Shown one piece after another: positions 40,069 through 50,412 of a stretch of 64,000 nucleotides of DNA; the first letter of the stretch is position 1, and each line of letters opens with the position of its first letter. Made by a program: the position numbers and the translations under genes. A model generated the notes under the pieces. That model ran no database searches. It saw nothing but the letters and a program-made list of their open reading frames with translations, and was not told where the DNA came from. This DNA comes from a virus. The stretch is taken from IMG/VR virus record IMGVR_UViG_3300030099_006395, positions 32,001 to 96,000 of that record. The stretch is one strand, 5' to 3'.

Positions 40069-41265
40069 ATGGAAAAAATAACATTTTGTATACCAAGTAA
40101 AAACAATAAAAGATATCTTGAAGCTTGTATACCTTCAATAAGAAAAAACTCGTATCGTGGAGACCATGATATAATTGTGTTTGTCGACGCTGACAACGAT
40201 GGAACCGTTGAATGGTTAGAATCAGTTAAGGATAAATATAATTTAAAATACATAGTCAATGATACAGGTAAATTATATGGTATTGGAAAGGCATATGATA
40301 AATGTGTAGAAGAATCCACAACAGATATTTTTATGATATTCCATGCAGATATGATGTTAGGTAGAGATGCAGATTTAGAAGCATTTAAATATCTTGATAG
40401 AAAGAAAGTTGTATGTGCTACGAGAATAGAACCACCACTGCATCCAGAAGGACCTGAAAAGATAGTAAAAGACTTTGGTATGTGGCCAGAAAAAGATATT
40501 GAGGATGGTTGGAAAGATAAAGACTTTGATGTATTTGTTGACATAATGAGATCAAAAAATGAAAATAAAATAACAAAAGGTTGTTTTGCACCATGGATGA
40601 TGTACAAGGATGAATTTTTAGAGATGGGTGGTCATGACCCAAGATTTGCTTCAGCTCGTGAAGATTCAGATGTGTTTAACAGATTAGTTTTAAGTGGTTT
40701 TGATTTGATACAATCTTGGCAAAGTTTTGTGTATCATTTAACAGCTAGAGCTGGACAATTTCAACATGGAAAATTGACACAAGACCATAGTCAAAAGTCT
40801 GAAGAGTGGAGAAAGCTTATGAGTAATTCAACGAGAGAGTTTTTCAGAAAATGGGGAAGTACGGTAAATCACGACCAATATATGATGCCGATAATATCAC
40901 CAAAATATGATATTGGGTTTGTAGTTAAAAATTGTAATGAACATTTGTTGGGTATTTTAGAACCTTGGTGTTCTACAATCTATGTCGATTGTGAAATTGA
41001 AAAATATATAGAGAGTGAACAACCTAATACAACAGATAATTTAACTAAAAAAATATTATCTATACATTCCGAAAAACAAAATGACATAGTTGTCAGTTTT
41101 GATGGATTAAAATTAACAAATGAAGAATTTCAATTTATACAACAGTTACCACTTGTTATTAAAGATAGTGGTGAGATCGGTAATATGGAATATAGTATAT
41201 TTGAAATACAAATTAACAAATTAAAAACTTATGAGGAGGATCTAATAAAATGCCATATGATGTAG
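40069..41265 (+). CDS. GT2 glycosyltransferase
   Basis: DGTVEW, HADM, GG.D..F...EDSD, VYH. Confidence 0.88.
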   Translation: MEKITFCIPSKNNKRYLEACIPSIRKNSYRGDHDIIVFVDADNDGTVEWLESVKDKYNLKYIVNDTGKLYGIGKAYDKCVEESTTDIFMIFHADMMLGRDADLEAFKYLDRKKVVCATRIEPPLHPEGPEKIVKDFGMWPEKDIEDGWKDKDFDVFVDIMRSKNENKITKGCFAPWMMYKDEFLEMGGHDPRFASAREDSDVFNRLVLSGFDLIQSWQSFVYHLTARAGQFQHGKLTQDHSQKSEEWRKLMSNSTREFFRKWGSTVNHDQYMMPIISPKYDIGFVVKNCNEHLLGILEPWCSTIYVDCEIEKYIESEQPNTTDNLTKKILSIHSEKQNDIVVSFDGLKLTNEEFQFIQQLPLVIKDSGEIGNMEYSIFEIQINKLKTYEEDLIKCHMM

Positions 41266-42194
41266 AACTAGAAGATTATCATGAAGACGTTTTGTTAAGT
41301 AGTGGACCTAAAAATTGTTTGGTAACAGGTGGTGCTGGATTTATAGGTAGTAATATAGTCAATAAACTTATAAAAGATGGTCATTATGTAAGAGTGGTTG
41401 ATGATTTATCTTCTGGAAGTAAATACAATTTTAAGTATCAGACAGAGTTTTATAGAGCAGACATTTCAGAAGAACCTTTTTTAGACATGTTTCAAGATAT
41501 TGATATTGTTTTTCACTTAGCAGCATTTCCAAGAGTAGAACCATCTATTCAAGACCCAATAAAAGCTAATAGAATTAATGTCAATGGAACACTAAATGTA
41601 TTAAACGCGTGTGTAAAATATGGTGTTAAAAGATTCGTATTTACATCATCTTCAGCTATATATGGAGAAGCTGATACACCAACTACAGAAGAACACTCTA
41701 AAAATCCAATGAGTCCATATGCATTGAATAAATTGATAGGAGAACAATATTGTAAATTGTATTCAGAAATATATAATTTACAAACTGTGTGCTTAAGATA
41801 TTCTAATGTGTATGGTGAAGGACAACCAATTGAAGGTGCATATTGCAATGTGATGGGTATATTTGAACAACAAAAATTGATGGGTAAACCTATGACAATT
41901 GTTGGTGATGGTGAACAAAGAAGAGATTTTATTCATGTCAATGATGTTGTCGAAGCTAATTTAATAGCAGCTTTTACTGATAAAATAAGTTTTTTGGGTG
42001 AAGTATATAACATTGGTTATGGAAAAAGTTATTCAGTAAACCAAATAGCTGAGTGGATAGGTGGTGACACCAAAAACATAGAACCAAGAATAGAACCAAG
42101 AGAAACTTTGTTGAATAGTGATAAATTTAAAAAAACATTCGGATGGGAAACTACAATAGACTTAAAAAAATGGTTGGAGGAAAAAAATGTCTAA
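41250..42194 (+). CDS. NAD-dependent sugar epimerase/dehydratase
   Basis: TGGAGFIGS, HLAA, SSSAIYG, PYALNK, LRYSNVYG, GDG.Q.RDF.HV.D. Confidence 0.93.
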   Translation: MPYDVELEDYHEDVLLSSGPKNCLVTGGAGFIGSNIVNKLIKDGHYVRVVDDLSSGSKYNFKYQTEFYRADISEEPFLDMFQDIDIVFHLAAFPRVEPSIQDPIKANRINVNGTLNVLNACVKYGVKRFVFTSSSAIYGEADTPTTEEHSKNPMSPYALNKLIGEQYCKLYSEIYNLQTVCLRYSNVYGEGQPIEGAYCNVMGIFEQQKLMGKPMTIVGDGEQRRDFIHVNDVVEANLIAAFTDKISFLGEVYNIGYGKSYSVNQIAEWIGGDTKNIEPRIEPRETLLNSDKFKKTFGWETTIDLKKWLEEKNV

Positions 42195-42342
42195 CATAGA
42201 TCCAGATAATTGGAAAGAATGGGAAGAACGTGAAGAAAAGAAGAAAAATAAACGTTTGAAGAAAAAAAAGCAAAGAAAGTCAAATAAGAAAAAAAGACGA
42301 AAAGAAAAATAATTATATATTTATATATATTAGGAGAAAATT

Positions 42343-42555
42343 ATGTCAGATGATAAATTAGGTACTTATATAACAAAATTAATGACTACGATAGTCAATA
42401 AAGACTCGGAAGATTTTGTAAAAGATTTAGCTATGTCAGAGTTGAGTAGACTCAAAGTTGATATAGATTCGTTTCTAAAAAAACATATAAGTGAAAAAGA
42501 AAATAAAGAAACAGAAAAACAATTGTTACAGGAGGAAAAAGAAAATGGCAAATAA
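42343..42555 (+). CDS. Hypothetical protein
   Basis: AGGAGA RBS downstream of TATTTATA motif. Confidence 0.55.
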   Translation: MSDDKLGTYITKLMTTIVNKDSEDFVKDLAMSELSRLKVDIDSFLKKHISEKENKETEKQLLQEEKENGK

Positions 42556-42775
42556 TCAAGCACAAGATAGATATAATCCACAAGGTGTTATGGCTGATGA
42601 TTGGGAATCACATAAATTTTTTGATTTACCAGATGGTGAAATATTTTTTTTAAAAAATGAAAGAAATAATAATAATCACGCGTATAGAAAAATAAATGAT
42701 AAACAAGCAATGAATACGAGAATGCAAACCACACATGATGTTTTATCAAATATAACAGTTTATACAAAGATATAA
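42545..42775 (+). CDS. Hypothetical protein
   Basis: GGAGG RBS, ATG 42545. Confidence 0.5.
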   Translation: MANNQAQDRYNPQGVMADDWESHKFFDLPDGEIFFLKNERNNNNHAYRKINDKQAMNTRMQTTHDVLSNITVYTKI

Positions 42776-43278
42776 TGTCAATCATAAAACCATTACATAT
42801 ACCCGGTAAAAGATTTGTATTAACAAAAAATATGATTCTAAATGCTCAAAAAGAAACAATTTCTGGTAGACAGGCTGCTAAATGGTTAAAAGTATCTTAC
42901 CCTACGTATAGAAAATGGGCTAAGTATTACAAAATATTTGAAGAACACAAAAATCAAAAAGGTGTTGGTACTAAAAAAGGTTGGGCTAGTTATAAGATAC
43001 CTTTGGAAGATTTTTTTGAAGGTAAAAGAGAATTACCGACAAATTATAGTGGAAAAGTTTTAAAGAAAAGAATGTTGGAAGAGGGTTATTTACAAGAGGA
43101 ATGTTCACATTGTGGATATAATGAACCAATGTTTGATTCAGAAAAAGTTTGTTTGAATATTGACTTCGTAGATGACAACAATAAAAATATATCATTAGAT
43201 AATATAAGATTGTTGTGTGCTAATTGTTATTTGTCATTTAATGGTAACTTTCCAAAATCAAAGGTTTTTTGTAAATGA
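42775..43278 (+). CDS. HTH + HNH-like zinc-finger protein
   Basis: QAAKWLKVSY.TYRKW helix-turn-helix; CSHCG...N.RLLCANC. Confidence 0.7.
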   Translation: MSIIKPLHIPGKRFVLTKNMILNAQKETISGRQAAKWLKVSYPTYRKWAKYYKIFEEHKNQKGVGTKKGWASYKIPLEDFFEGKRELPTNYSGKVLKKRMLEEGYLQEECSHCGYNEPMFDSEKVCLNIDFVDDNNKNISLDNIRLLCANCYLSFNGNFPKSKVFCK

Positions 43279-43952
43279 GTATAGACAGAGAAAATTTAAC
43301 TGAACATTATAAATCTTTTCGAGATGTAGACGAAAACTTTTTAAACATCAATATGCCATTAGATGAAAATGATTATCCTACAGCAGAACGCTCTCAATTT
43401 CCTGTAACTTTTAAACACAATTGGGATTATAAACCTGTTGTGAGTTTACCTTTTTTAAGTGAAGATGAGTGTAGTTTAATTATAAACAAATGGGTTGAAC
43501 CTGAAGATGTAGATCATGAAGAAAATAAAAGTTATAGAAAATGTAAAATAAATTGGATTAATTATTATAAACCTGGATGGGAATGGTTCTTTGATAAAAT
43601 TTTAAATGTTGTGGAAGATGTAAACAAAAAATATTACAAATTTGAATTATCGAATCCAATAACTTTAGAACCTGTTCAATTTACAAAATATAGTTCAGGT
43701 GGTTTTTACAGTAAGCATACTGATTGGGAAGGTGGTGGAATTTTAGATATTAGAAAATTATCATGGGTTGTTAATTTATCAGACCCTTCAGAATATAGGG
43801 GTGGTAATTTACAAGTATTAAAAGATACTGTGCCAAAAAATATTGGGTGGATACATTTATTTCCAAGTTTTTTGAGACACCAAGCTACAAAAGTTTTTAA
43901 AGGTAAAAGATATTCATTGGTAGGATGGACCGTAGGTCCACCATTTAAATAG
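43275..43952 (+). CDS. 2OG-Fe(II) oxygenase
   Basis: QFTKY, HTD, RKLS, GG.L, FPSF..H, G.RYSLV.W..GP. Confidence 0.9.
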   Translation: MSIDRENLTEHYKSFRDVDENFLNINMPLDENDYPTAERSQFPVTFKHNWDYKPVVSLPFLSEDECSLIINKWVEPEDVDHEENKSYRKCKINWINYYKPGWEWFFDKILNVVEDVNKKYYKFELSNPITLEPVQFTKYSSGGFYSKHTDWEGGGILDIRKLSWVVNLSDPSEYRGGNLQVLKDTVPKNIGWIHLFPSFLRHQATKVFKGKRYSLVGWTVGPPFK

Positions 43953-43960
43953 GAGATAAT

Positions 43961-44161
43961 ATGAAAGATATAAAAGGTACTAAATTAAAAATAAGTGACA
44001 GAGTTAGAATAGAACAAGATATACCATCGGTAAATGGCATGTTATACAAAAATACCATATGTAAAATAGATAGTCTTGAAGAGAGTAAATTAAGAGTTCA
44101 AGATAGAAGTGGAAAACTTTGGTGGGTACAATATAGTCAAGTAAGTGCGAGTTTTTTATAA
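43961..44161 (+). CDS. Small beta-barrel hypothetical protein
   Basis: AGGAGA RBS; ORF. Confidence 0.55.
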   Translation: MKDIKGTKLKISDRVRIEQDIPSVNGMLYKNTICKIDSLEESKLRVQDRSGKLWWVQYSQVSASFL

Positions 44162-44376
44162 TGAGTGATGAGTTAACAAAAGAACAACGAAAAGAACTAG
44201 AAAAATTAATAAAAAAAATAACAGATGACGCTAAATCTGTTGTTGAAGATTATGTTAAAAATCCATCTACAATAAGTGGTAGTGCAGAAATACACATTCA
44301 CGAAAATAGTCCATGGTTAGATGAAAATAAAAAATTTATACCATTAACTAAAAAAAGAAAAAAAAATGTTAATTAA
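44161..44376 (+). CDS. Hypothetical protein
   Basis: ORF coupled to neighbours. Confidence 0.5.
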   Translation: MSDELTKEQRKELEKLIKKITDDAKSVVEDYVKNPSTISGSAEIHIHENSPWLDENKKFIPLTKKRKKNVN

Positions 44377-44776
44377 AGAATTTATATCAGAAACAAATAA
44401 AAACAAAATAATTTCAGATTTATTGAAACACTACAAAGTTGGTAGTGTTAAAGTAAAACTAAAAGCTATGAAAAATCATGCACATTACAATGTGGATACA
44501 GGTACATTAGAATTATCTACACGATATAAAACAATTAAAAACAGACAGTTAAAAGAGTTTTTGATTACAATACTTCATGAAATTTATCACGCAATGGATG
44601 CCAAGAAATATGGTTGGAGAAAGTTCAAAGATATGTATGAATATGAAATGAACTTACAGATAGCTAAGGGTAAACATCAGTATAAAGATAATAAATTTGA
44701 AATAGAAGCTGAAGACTTTGGCCAAAAAAATTGGAAAAAATGGGATACCAAATTTAAAAAAGATGGTTTAATTTAA
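44366..44776 (+). CDS. HExxH zinc metallopeptidase-like protein
   Basis: ILHEIYHAMD plus downstream FEIEA. Confidence 0.75.
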   Translation: MLIKEFISETNKNKIISDLLKHYKVGSVKVKLKAMKNHAHYNVDTGTLELSTRYKTIKNRQLKEFLITILHEIYHAMDAKKYGWRKFKDMYEYEMNLQIAKGKHQYKDNKFEIEAEDFGQKNWKKWDTKFKKDGLI

Positions 44777-44780
44777 ATCC

Positions 44781-44836
44781 TGTTACATATTGTTACAATT
44801 AAAACCTTGGCGAATGTCAAGGTTTTTTCGTATATT
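44781..44836 (+). promoter_or_regulatory. TGTTACA-N3-TGTTACA box plus promoter
   Basis: Box 44781-44797; TTGGCG-N18-TATATT; overlaps inverted repeat AAAACCTTGGC/GTCAAGGTTTT. Confidence 0.65.
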
Positions 44837-44841
44837 ATAGT

Positions 44842-45198
44842 ATGATTGAGAGAGAAAATATTAAAAAAGGAGAAAATATGGTTTCAATTAACGGAATAGA
44901 CTACATTGATTTAGATAGTGTAGGTTCAACACTTACAAAAGATTTAAAAGTATTTCCACAAAATATAACAGAAGCACCAGAAACTGCTAGTGAAGCTGAT
45001 GAATTGATGGGTGTCCATGTTTATGATTTAAATGATGAATGGTACAATAATTTGAGTGCTGATGATTTAACAGATTTCTTTGAATTTATAGAGTTAAATA
45101 CTGATGTTGTGACTACTGTTTACAAGGCTTGGAAAGATGGTATTTGGGGTGATTGGGAAACAGCGAATAATTGTTACTTAAATATGGAGGCTATATAA
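44842..45198 (+). CDS. Acidic hypothetical protein
   Basis: ORF; alternative start 44878 has AAGGAGA RBS. Confidence 0.55.
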   Translation: MIERENIKKGENMVSINGIDYIDLDSVGSTLTKDLKVFPQNITEAPETASEADELMGVHVYDLNDEWYNNLSADDLTDFFEFIELNTDVVTTVYKAWKDGIWGDWETANNCYLNMEAI

Positions 45199-45370
45199 TG
45201 GCTATCTATTCTAATATACCAGGTTCAGGTGGAAAAACAATTCCGATTGATTTGATTTGGGATGGTGAAGATACCAAATGTGACAAGTGTAAAAAATTAA
45301 ATGTAAATATAGAGTATAAAGGTAAATCGTATTGTACTTGGTATTGTGCAAAAAAAAATTAAAAAAAACG

Positions 45371-45399
45371 TTGACTGGTTATCCAGAAAGCCGTATATT
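45371..45399 (+). promoter_or_regulatory. Sigma70-like promoter cassette
   Basis: A-tract, TTGACT-N17-TATATT, then ATAGTATAATTAAAAAGGAGT. Confidence 0.75.
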
Positions 45400-45684
45400 A
45401 TAGTATAATTAAAAAGGAGTTTTATTATGGGTTTATTAAAAGGACATATACAAGATTGGTTAGAAGAATTTGGTTATGATTTGGGATATGATTGGGATAA
45501 TCTTCCTGATTTATCTGATATGAATGAAAACACACCACCAGCGTGGGAGACGAAATAATGGATTTAACAAATTTAGTACAACAATTTGCAAATGTAGGTT
45601 TAACGATATTCTGTGTAGTTGTAGGTGTAATATTAGTTAATTGGTTAGATAGGAATGTATTTAATAAGACAAGGAGAAATAAAG

Positions 45685-46074
45685 ATGATAAATGGGATTA
45701 AACCAACAATAGGTAATACTACTAAAACTGAAAAGACAACTACAAAGAATGGTTTATCCTTTGATGAAGCGATGGATACACTACTTGTTAAGATACAAGA
45801 GAATTATGATAAGTGGTATTCAGGAACTGATTATGAATCCAAGAAAATGAATCTATCACTTAAACCAGGTAGAAAGTTTATTAAAGTAGTTCACGATAAT
45901 TCAGTATGGGGATTTGTTGCTAAAGTGGATGGTGTACATAAAGGTGTACCAATGTTAAAGGGTGATATATTAAAAGCTGCTACTTGGAGTCAACCAGCAA
46001 AACATTCAAGAGGTTCTATATTTGATTCAGAGATGCACAAGAGTTTTTCTTGGACAGGACCTAATTATCTGTAA
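45685..46074 (+). CDS. Conserved hypothetical phage protein
   Basis: GRKFIKV...SVWGFV...GDILKAATW..PAK..RG motif; AAGGAGA RBS. Confidence 0.7.
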   Translation: MINGIKPTIGNTTKTEKTTTKNGLSFDEAMDTLLVKIQENYDKWYSGTDYESKKMNLSLKPGRKFIKVVHDNSVWGFVAKVDGVHKGVPMLKGDILKAATWSQPAKHSRGSIFDSEMHKSFSWTGPNYL

Positions 46075-46379
46075 TGAGTTTTACAGAGGGTGATGAAAAA
46101 TGGATAAAAAATTGGAAACCAAAAGGAGTAAAAATGAAACCAACTAAAAAAAGGCCAGCTAAAAGAAAACCATTACATGGTGAAAGTAATCCATTAGTGG
46201 CTAAGTTATTAAATTTAAAGTATCGTTTGAATGACGCTTATAATTTAAGAGATATTGATACAAAGTATGATAAGAATTGGGTTATGAATTTAATAGAAGA
46301 TGTAAGAACAAATAATTTAACTAAATTATGTAAAGAAGATATGTTAAAATGTAACGCATTATGGAAAACATATGAATAG
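46074..46379 (+). CDS. Hypothetical protein
   Basis: ORF; strong RBS favours internal start 46134. Confidence 0.55.
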   Translation: MSFTEGDEKWIKNWKPKGVKMKPTKKRPAKRKPLHGESNPLVAKLLNLKYRLNDAYNLRDIDTKYDKNWVMNLIEDVRTNNLTKLCKEDMLKCNALWKTYE

Positions 46380-46839
46380 ATTTTATCGTAAACCCAAACC
46401 AGAAACCATGAAGAAAAATAGAGAAGCTTATAAAAAATCTTATAAAGAAGAAATTTTATGGTTAAAAGTTAATCTTCAAAAGTTAACGGAAACTAAAAAC
46501 AAATTTTTGTTGGATATGTATACAATATTGATATCAGGCAGTAGAAAAATTACACCTAAAATGTCAGAAGCCATTAAAAAAGGTATTGAAAGATGTAATA
46601 ACCATCCAAAATTTAATAATGTTGTACGAGTTGAACAAGAGGCTAAACTAAAACCTATACTAGAGAAAATCGCTATGGTTGAGAGGTTGGCTGAATCCAA
46701 GAATGATAAAGCACTTGGGTTTATTCAGAATGTAAAAGAATATGTGAAAATAAATTATAGAGTAACCAAGAAACAAATGGAAGCTCTAAACAAAGTGTAC
46801 AAAAGGTGTAGTGAAGATTTATTTAAAGGAGATGAATAA
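46372..46839 (+). CDS. Hypothetical protein
   Basis: ORF with two similar helical segments (KITPKM / RVTKKQM). Confidence 0.55.
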   Translation: MNRFYRKPKPETMKKNREAYKKSYKEEILWLKVNLQKLTETKNKFLLDMYTILISGSRKITPKMSEAIKKGIERCNNHPKFNNVVRVEQEAKLKPILEKIAMVERLAESKNDKALGFIQNVKEYVKINYRVTKKQMEALNKVYKRCSEDLFKGDE

Positions 46840-47087
46840 TGAAAGGTAGTAGATTAGTAGATGTATTGGATGATAAACCAACTTTCCAAAAATGGAGAGA
46901 GATATTTGGTAAGATGAGAAAATTAGGAACGGCTATTGAAATGTTTCATGGTCCAGATATGAATATTGATGATTTGGATTACAGATGGGTTAATGATAGG
47001 ATTGAATACTTTGATAAAAAGAAAAGATTGTTAACCAAAGATGAGATGACAATAGCTAATAATTTATGGAAAAAATATAACAAATAA
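46839..47087 (+). CDS. Hypothetical protein, apparent paralogue of 46074..46379
   Basis: Shared WV....E......L.K.(D/E)M...N.LWK.Y C-terminus. Confidence 0.55.
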   Translation: MKGSRLVDVLDDKPTFQKWREIFGKMRKLGTAIEMFHGPDMNIDDLDYRWVNDRIEYFDKKKRLLTKDEMTIANNLWKKYNK

Positions 47088-47098
47088 AAGGAGTCAAA

Positions 47099-47308
47099 AT
47101 GACAGTACAACAAATAGTAGCAGAATTAGAAAATATTAAAGAACAAACATTAAATAATAGTCAAATCACAACAGATGATGTTATTGAAGCTATTGATGAT
47201 ATAATATCAGATTGTAAAGACAATAGTTTAGATTTTACTTTTGATGATGAAGACCACTATGGTTCTTTTGAAACTGAAACTGATTTTACGAAATTGGAGA
47301 TAATGTAA
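47099..47308 (+). CDS. Small acidic hypothetical protein
   Basis: AAAGGAGT RBS. Confidence 0.55.
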   Translation: MTVQQIVAELENIKEQTLNNSQITTDDVIEAIDDIISDCKDNSLDFTFDDEDHYGSFETETDFTKLEIM

Positions 47309-47887
47309 ATGGAAAATATATTACAAACAATTGATAACAATTATCAAAAAACACTTGATGAATGTTATAAAGCGTATAACAACAAAGAAATGGGAGTTGT
47401 TCGAGAGTCTATGGGTAAACTTGTAGAAAACTTTGTAGATGATGTATGTGATATGTTGAATGAAAAATTTGATGTTGATATTGAATGTAAATTCGGAGAG
47501 TCAGATAGGATTCCAATTACAAATGAATCAGGTAGAGTTTTAGGTTTTCAAGTTGATAAACATATTTACATAGATTCTAAATTGAAAGCTATAGTAGAAT
47601 GTAAATCTTATTTGGACCGTTCTATGTTGATAAGAGCTTCTGATGATATAGGTCGTATAAAAAAAGGTATCAATCACGATATAAAAGGATTTGTATTATC
47701 TTTAGAAAATGCAGTAGCTAAAACAGCAGAGGACTACTTGTTAGATGAAGGTAATGTAGATAAAATATTTTATCTTACGGAAGGTAAAAGAAACTCTTAC
47801 AGACAAATATGGAGGCCTGAATTTAACAAAGAATTAAATAAAAATGTTATGAAAGAATTTATTCAAAATTTAATAAATCTTTTTTAA
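47309..47887 (+). CDS. Restriction-endonuclease-like PD-(D/E)xK protein
   Basis: QVDKH...IVECKSYLD. Confidence 0.6.
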   Translation: MENILQTIDNNYQKTLDECYKAYNNKEMGVVRESMGKLVENFVDDVCDMLNEKFDVDIECKFGESDRIPITNESGRVLGFQVDKHIYIDSKLKAIVECKSYLDRSMLIRASDDIGRIKKGINHDIKGFVLSLENAVAKTAEDYLLDEGNVDKIFYLTEGKRNSYRQIWRPEFNKELNKNVMKEFIQNLINLF

Positions 47888-47895
47888 AAAAAACG

Positions 47896-47925
47896 TTGAC
47901 TCATATGGCTATTTAGCCGTATATT
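47896..47925 (+). promoter_or_regulatory. Sigma70-like promoter of the DUF2828 operon
   Basis: TTGACT-N18-TATATT; nearly identical to the promoter at 52970. Confidence 0.75.
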
Positions 47926-47962
47926 GAAACAATAAAAATAAACGATAAACTTTAAGGATAAT

Positions 47963-49333
47963 ATGAACTATACAACAACTACAAATGGAGCGATAACAAA
48001 CAAAACATCAGACAAAGAATGTTTAGATTTGTTTCAACGCATTGGTAACATGAGAAATCATGATAGATTGTATATCCTTGAAAATTTCAACAAGGCGTAT
48101 GAGGAAGATAAAGAACTTGCAACACAAGTTCTATTTTGGGCGAGAGCAGCACGAATAGGTTCAGGTGAGAGAAAAACTTTTCACACAATCTTACGGGAGA
48201 TTGGAAAGACATCACCTGATTTTATATCAGACAATGCAAAACTCATTGCTGATTTGGGTTATTGGAAAGACCTAATTGAGTATTTCCATATACCAAAGGT
48301 TATATCAGTTTTCGCCCAAGCAATTCGTGAAAAGGATAGGTTAGCATGTAAATGGGCTCCAAGAAAGTGTGCGGTATTAAGAGATGAACTTGGTTTCACT
48401 AACCGAGAATACAGAAAATGGTTGAAGAGATATTCTGAAACTGTTGAACAAACGATGTCTGAAAAAGAGTGGTCTGATATAAACTATTCATCCGTCCCCG
48501 GTTCTGCTATGAGACGATATAGTGGAGCATTTACTAAACAAGACAGTAAACGATTCGATGAATGGAAAGAGGACAAAACCACAAAGGCATCTGTATCAGC
48601 TACCTATCCACACGAAGTGTTAGCTTGTGATGATGACAAGTTAGCAGAAAAATTATGGGATAACTTACCTGATTTATTATCAGAGAGTGAAGAGAATATT
48701 CTACCAATGATTGATGTGAGTGGTTCAATGATGGGAAAACCATTAGCAGTCGCAATGTCATTAGGTATGTATTTATCTGAAAGAACTAAAGGTGAGTTTA
48801 AAGATTTATTTTTAACATTTAGTGAGAATCCAGAGTTAGTAAGATTAGAAGGTGATTCAGTAGCAGAACGATTGAGAAACATATCACAGGCAGATTGGGG
48901 CATGAATACAGATTTCAGTAAAGCATTTCAACACATATTAGATGTGGCTACAAAACACAATGTATTGCCCGATTCGATGCCAACTATGTTATTGGTGTTA
49001 TCAGATATGCAATTTGATGAATCACAGAACAGTAGTTTTTATGGTAGTAAATCAATGACACACTTTGGACATATGAAAGAAGAGTATGAAAAAGCTGGAT
49101 ACAAATTACCAAAGATAGTGTTTTGGAACTTGGATGCACATATGGGAACACCAGCAAGATGTTCTGATGATTCAGTAGCGATGGTTAGTGGATTCTCACC
49201 AAGTATTATGAAAGCAGTGTTAAACGCTGAAGAGTTCAATCCAATTAGTGTAATGATGGAAGCACTTAAAGATATTAAACCAGATTGTAATAATTTACCA
49301 TCAGAATTTGAATATAAAAGAGAGACGATATAA
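47963..49333 (+). CDS. DUF2828-family protein (helical domain + vWA; Ro60/TROVE-like architecture)
   Basis: T.NGA, G.GER, GYWKDL, KWAPR, MIDAS DVSGSM, FLTFS..P, WGMNTDF, LSDMQFD, VFWNL, VSGFS. Confidence 0.85.
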   Translation: MNYTTTTNGAITNKTSDKECLDLFQRIGNMRNHDRLYILENFNKAYEEDKELATQVLFWARAARIGSGERKTFHTILREIGKTSPDFISDNAKLIADLGYWKDLIEYFHIPKVISVFAQAIREKDRLACKWAPRKCAVLRDELGFTNREYRKWLKRYSETVEQTMSEKEWSDINYSSVPGSAMRRYSGAFTKQDSKRFDEWKEDKTTKASVSATYPHEVLACDDDKLAEKLWDNLPDLLSESEENILPMIDVSGSMMGKPLAVAMSLGMYLSERTKGEFKDLFLTFSENPELVRLEGDSVAERLRNISQADWGMNTDFSKAFQHILDVATKHNVLPDSMPTMLLVLSDMQFDESQNSSFYGSKSMTHFGHMKEEYEKAGYKLPKIVFWNLDAHMGTPARCSDDSVAMVSGFSPSIMKAVLNAEEFNPISVMMEALKDIKPDCNNLPSEFEYKRETI

Positions 49334-50370
49334 TGCAAAAGTACGATAGAAAATATTTTGAAGATAATTTTGATAAACCACATATCCCTAATATACCTGA
49401 TAGTATTAAGGTAAAATCAATAAGGAAAAAAATACTTAAAATAAGTGACATAAATAGTGATACATTTTTAAGTCAAATTAGAGTAAACGATGATATAGCT
49501 GCTAGAGCTACAAGATTAAACGGATCATTTAATACAGGAATTGATTGGGATAGTCCACTACCAATAGTGAAGTTAAGAGATGATGGTGGTTATGATTTAA
49601 TAGATGCATTTGGCAGATTTCAAATGTTTGAATTGAATGGACAAGAATACTGGATTATGATTGTTGTAGAGTGTGATTCACATAATGAATTGAGGTTAAG
49701 AGGGTGGGCTAATAAACAATTGTTTATAGTACCAAACTCAACGAAAGATAATATTGAAACAATATCTACCATGGTTAGAAAAAAAATGATTAAACCTACG
49801 AAAAGAAATTTTACAAGGGAATTAAATATCATTGAACCACATAAAGACCCTGATATAAAAAAGGATATAGTGAATCAATTGATGGATGTTTTTAAGGTAA
49901 AATCAACTGTAAAACCTAAAAGATTTGTTTCATATTCAGCAGCAACCATAATGAAAAATTGGGTTAAACCACATTTCGCTGATGAAAAGAAAATTGGGTT
50001 TAAGTTAGGATCAAAAGGTGAACCACTTTTTAGTAAATTAGCTAATTGTTATTTTGGTATTTTACAATATAAATATGAATATAGAAAAGTATTACAAGCT
50101 ATAGAGATGAATGTGAGAAAAAATGCTCCATTGAAAGTTTTAGGTTTATCAGAGGGTAAAGGTATGACAATGAAGAAACTTAAAAATGATAGAGCTGGTA
50201 TTAAAAGAAATATAACTAAAATAACTAATAATATTGATAAACTTGTTTCAAAATACCATGGTGAAGAATCTAAAATTAAGTGGGAAGAGGTTATAGATTT
50301 ATTTGGTTTTATACCTGAAAGTGTTAATGAAGATGTAAAAGAACCCGTAGAATATAAGGAGATTGTATAA
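49333..50370 (+). CDS. Hypothetical protein with ParB/Srx-like N-terminal region
   Basis: PLPIV......YDLIDAFGR resembles the ParB IDG..R motif; coupled to DUF2828 gene. Confidence 0.5.
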   Translation: MQKYDRKYFEDNFDKPHIPNIPDSIKVKSIRKKILKISDINSDTFLSQIRVNDDIAARATRLNGSFNTGIDWDSPLPIVKLRDDGGYDLIDAFGRFQMFELNGQEYWIMIVVECDSHNELRLRGWANKQLFIVPNSTKDNIETISTMVRKKMIKPTKRNFTRELNIIEPHKDPDIKKDIVNQLMDVFKVKSTVKPKRFVSYSAATIMKNWVKPHFADEKKIGFKLGSKGEPLFSKLANCYFGILQYKYEYRKVLQAIEMNVRKNAPLKVLGLSEGKGMTMKKLKNDRAGIKRNITKITNNIDKLVSKYHGEESKIKWEEVIDLFGFIPESVNEDVKEPVEYKEIV

Positions 50371-50412
50371 ATAAATTACGTGTTTGATGTAATTTGTATA
50401 TATTTATATATA

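Noticed and set aside
22824-42194. Bacterial chromosomal LPS/capsule locus
   Set aside because: No flippase, polymerase or export genes; interleaved with phage-type ORFs, shares the phage promoter motif and is contiguous with T4-like replication genes
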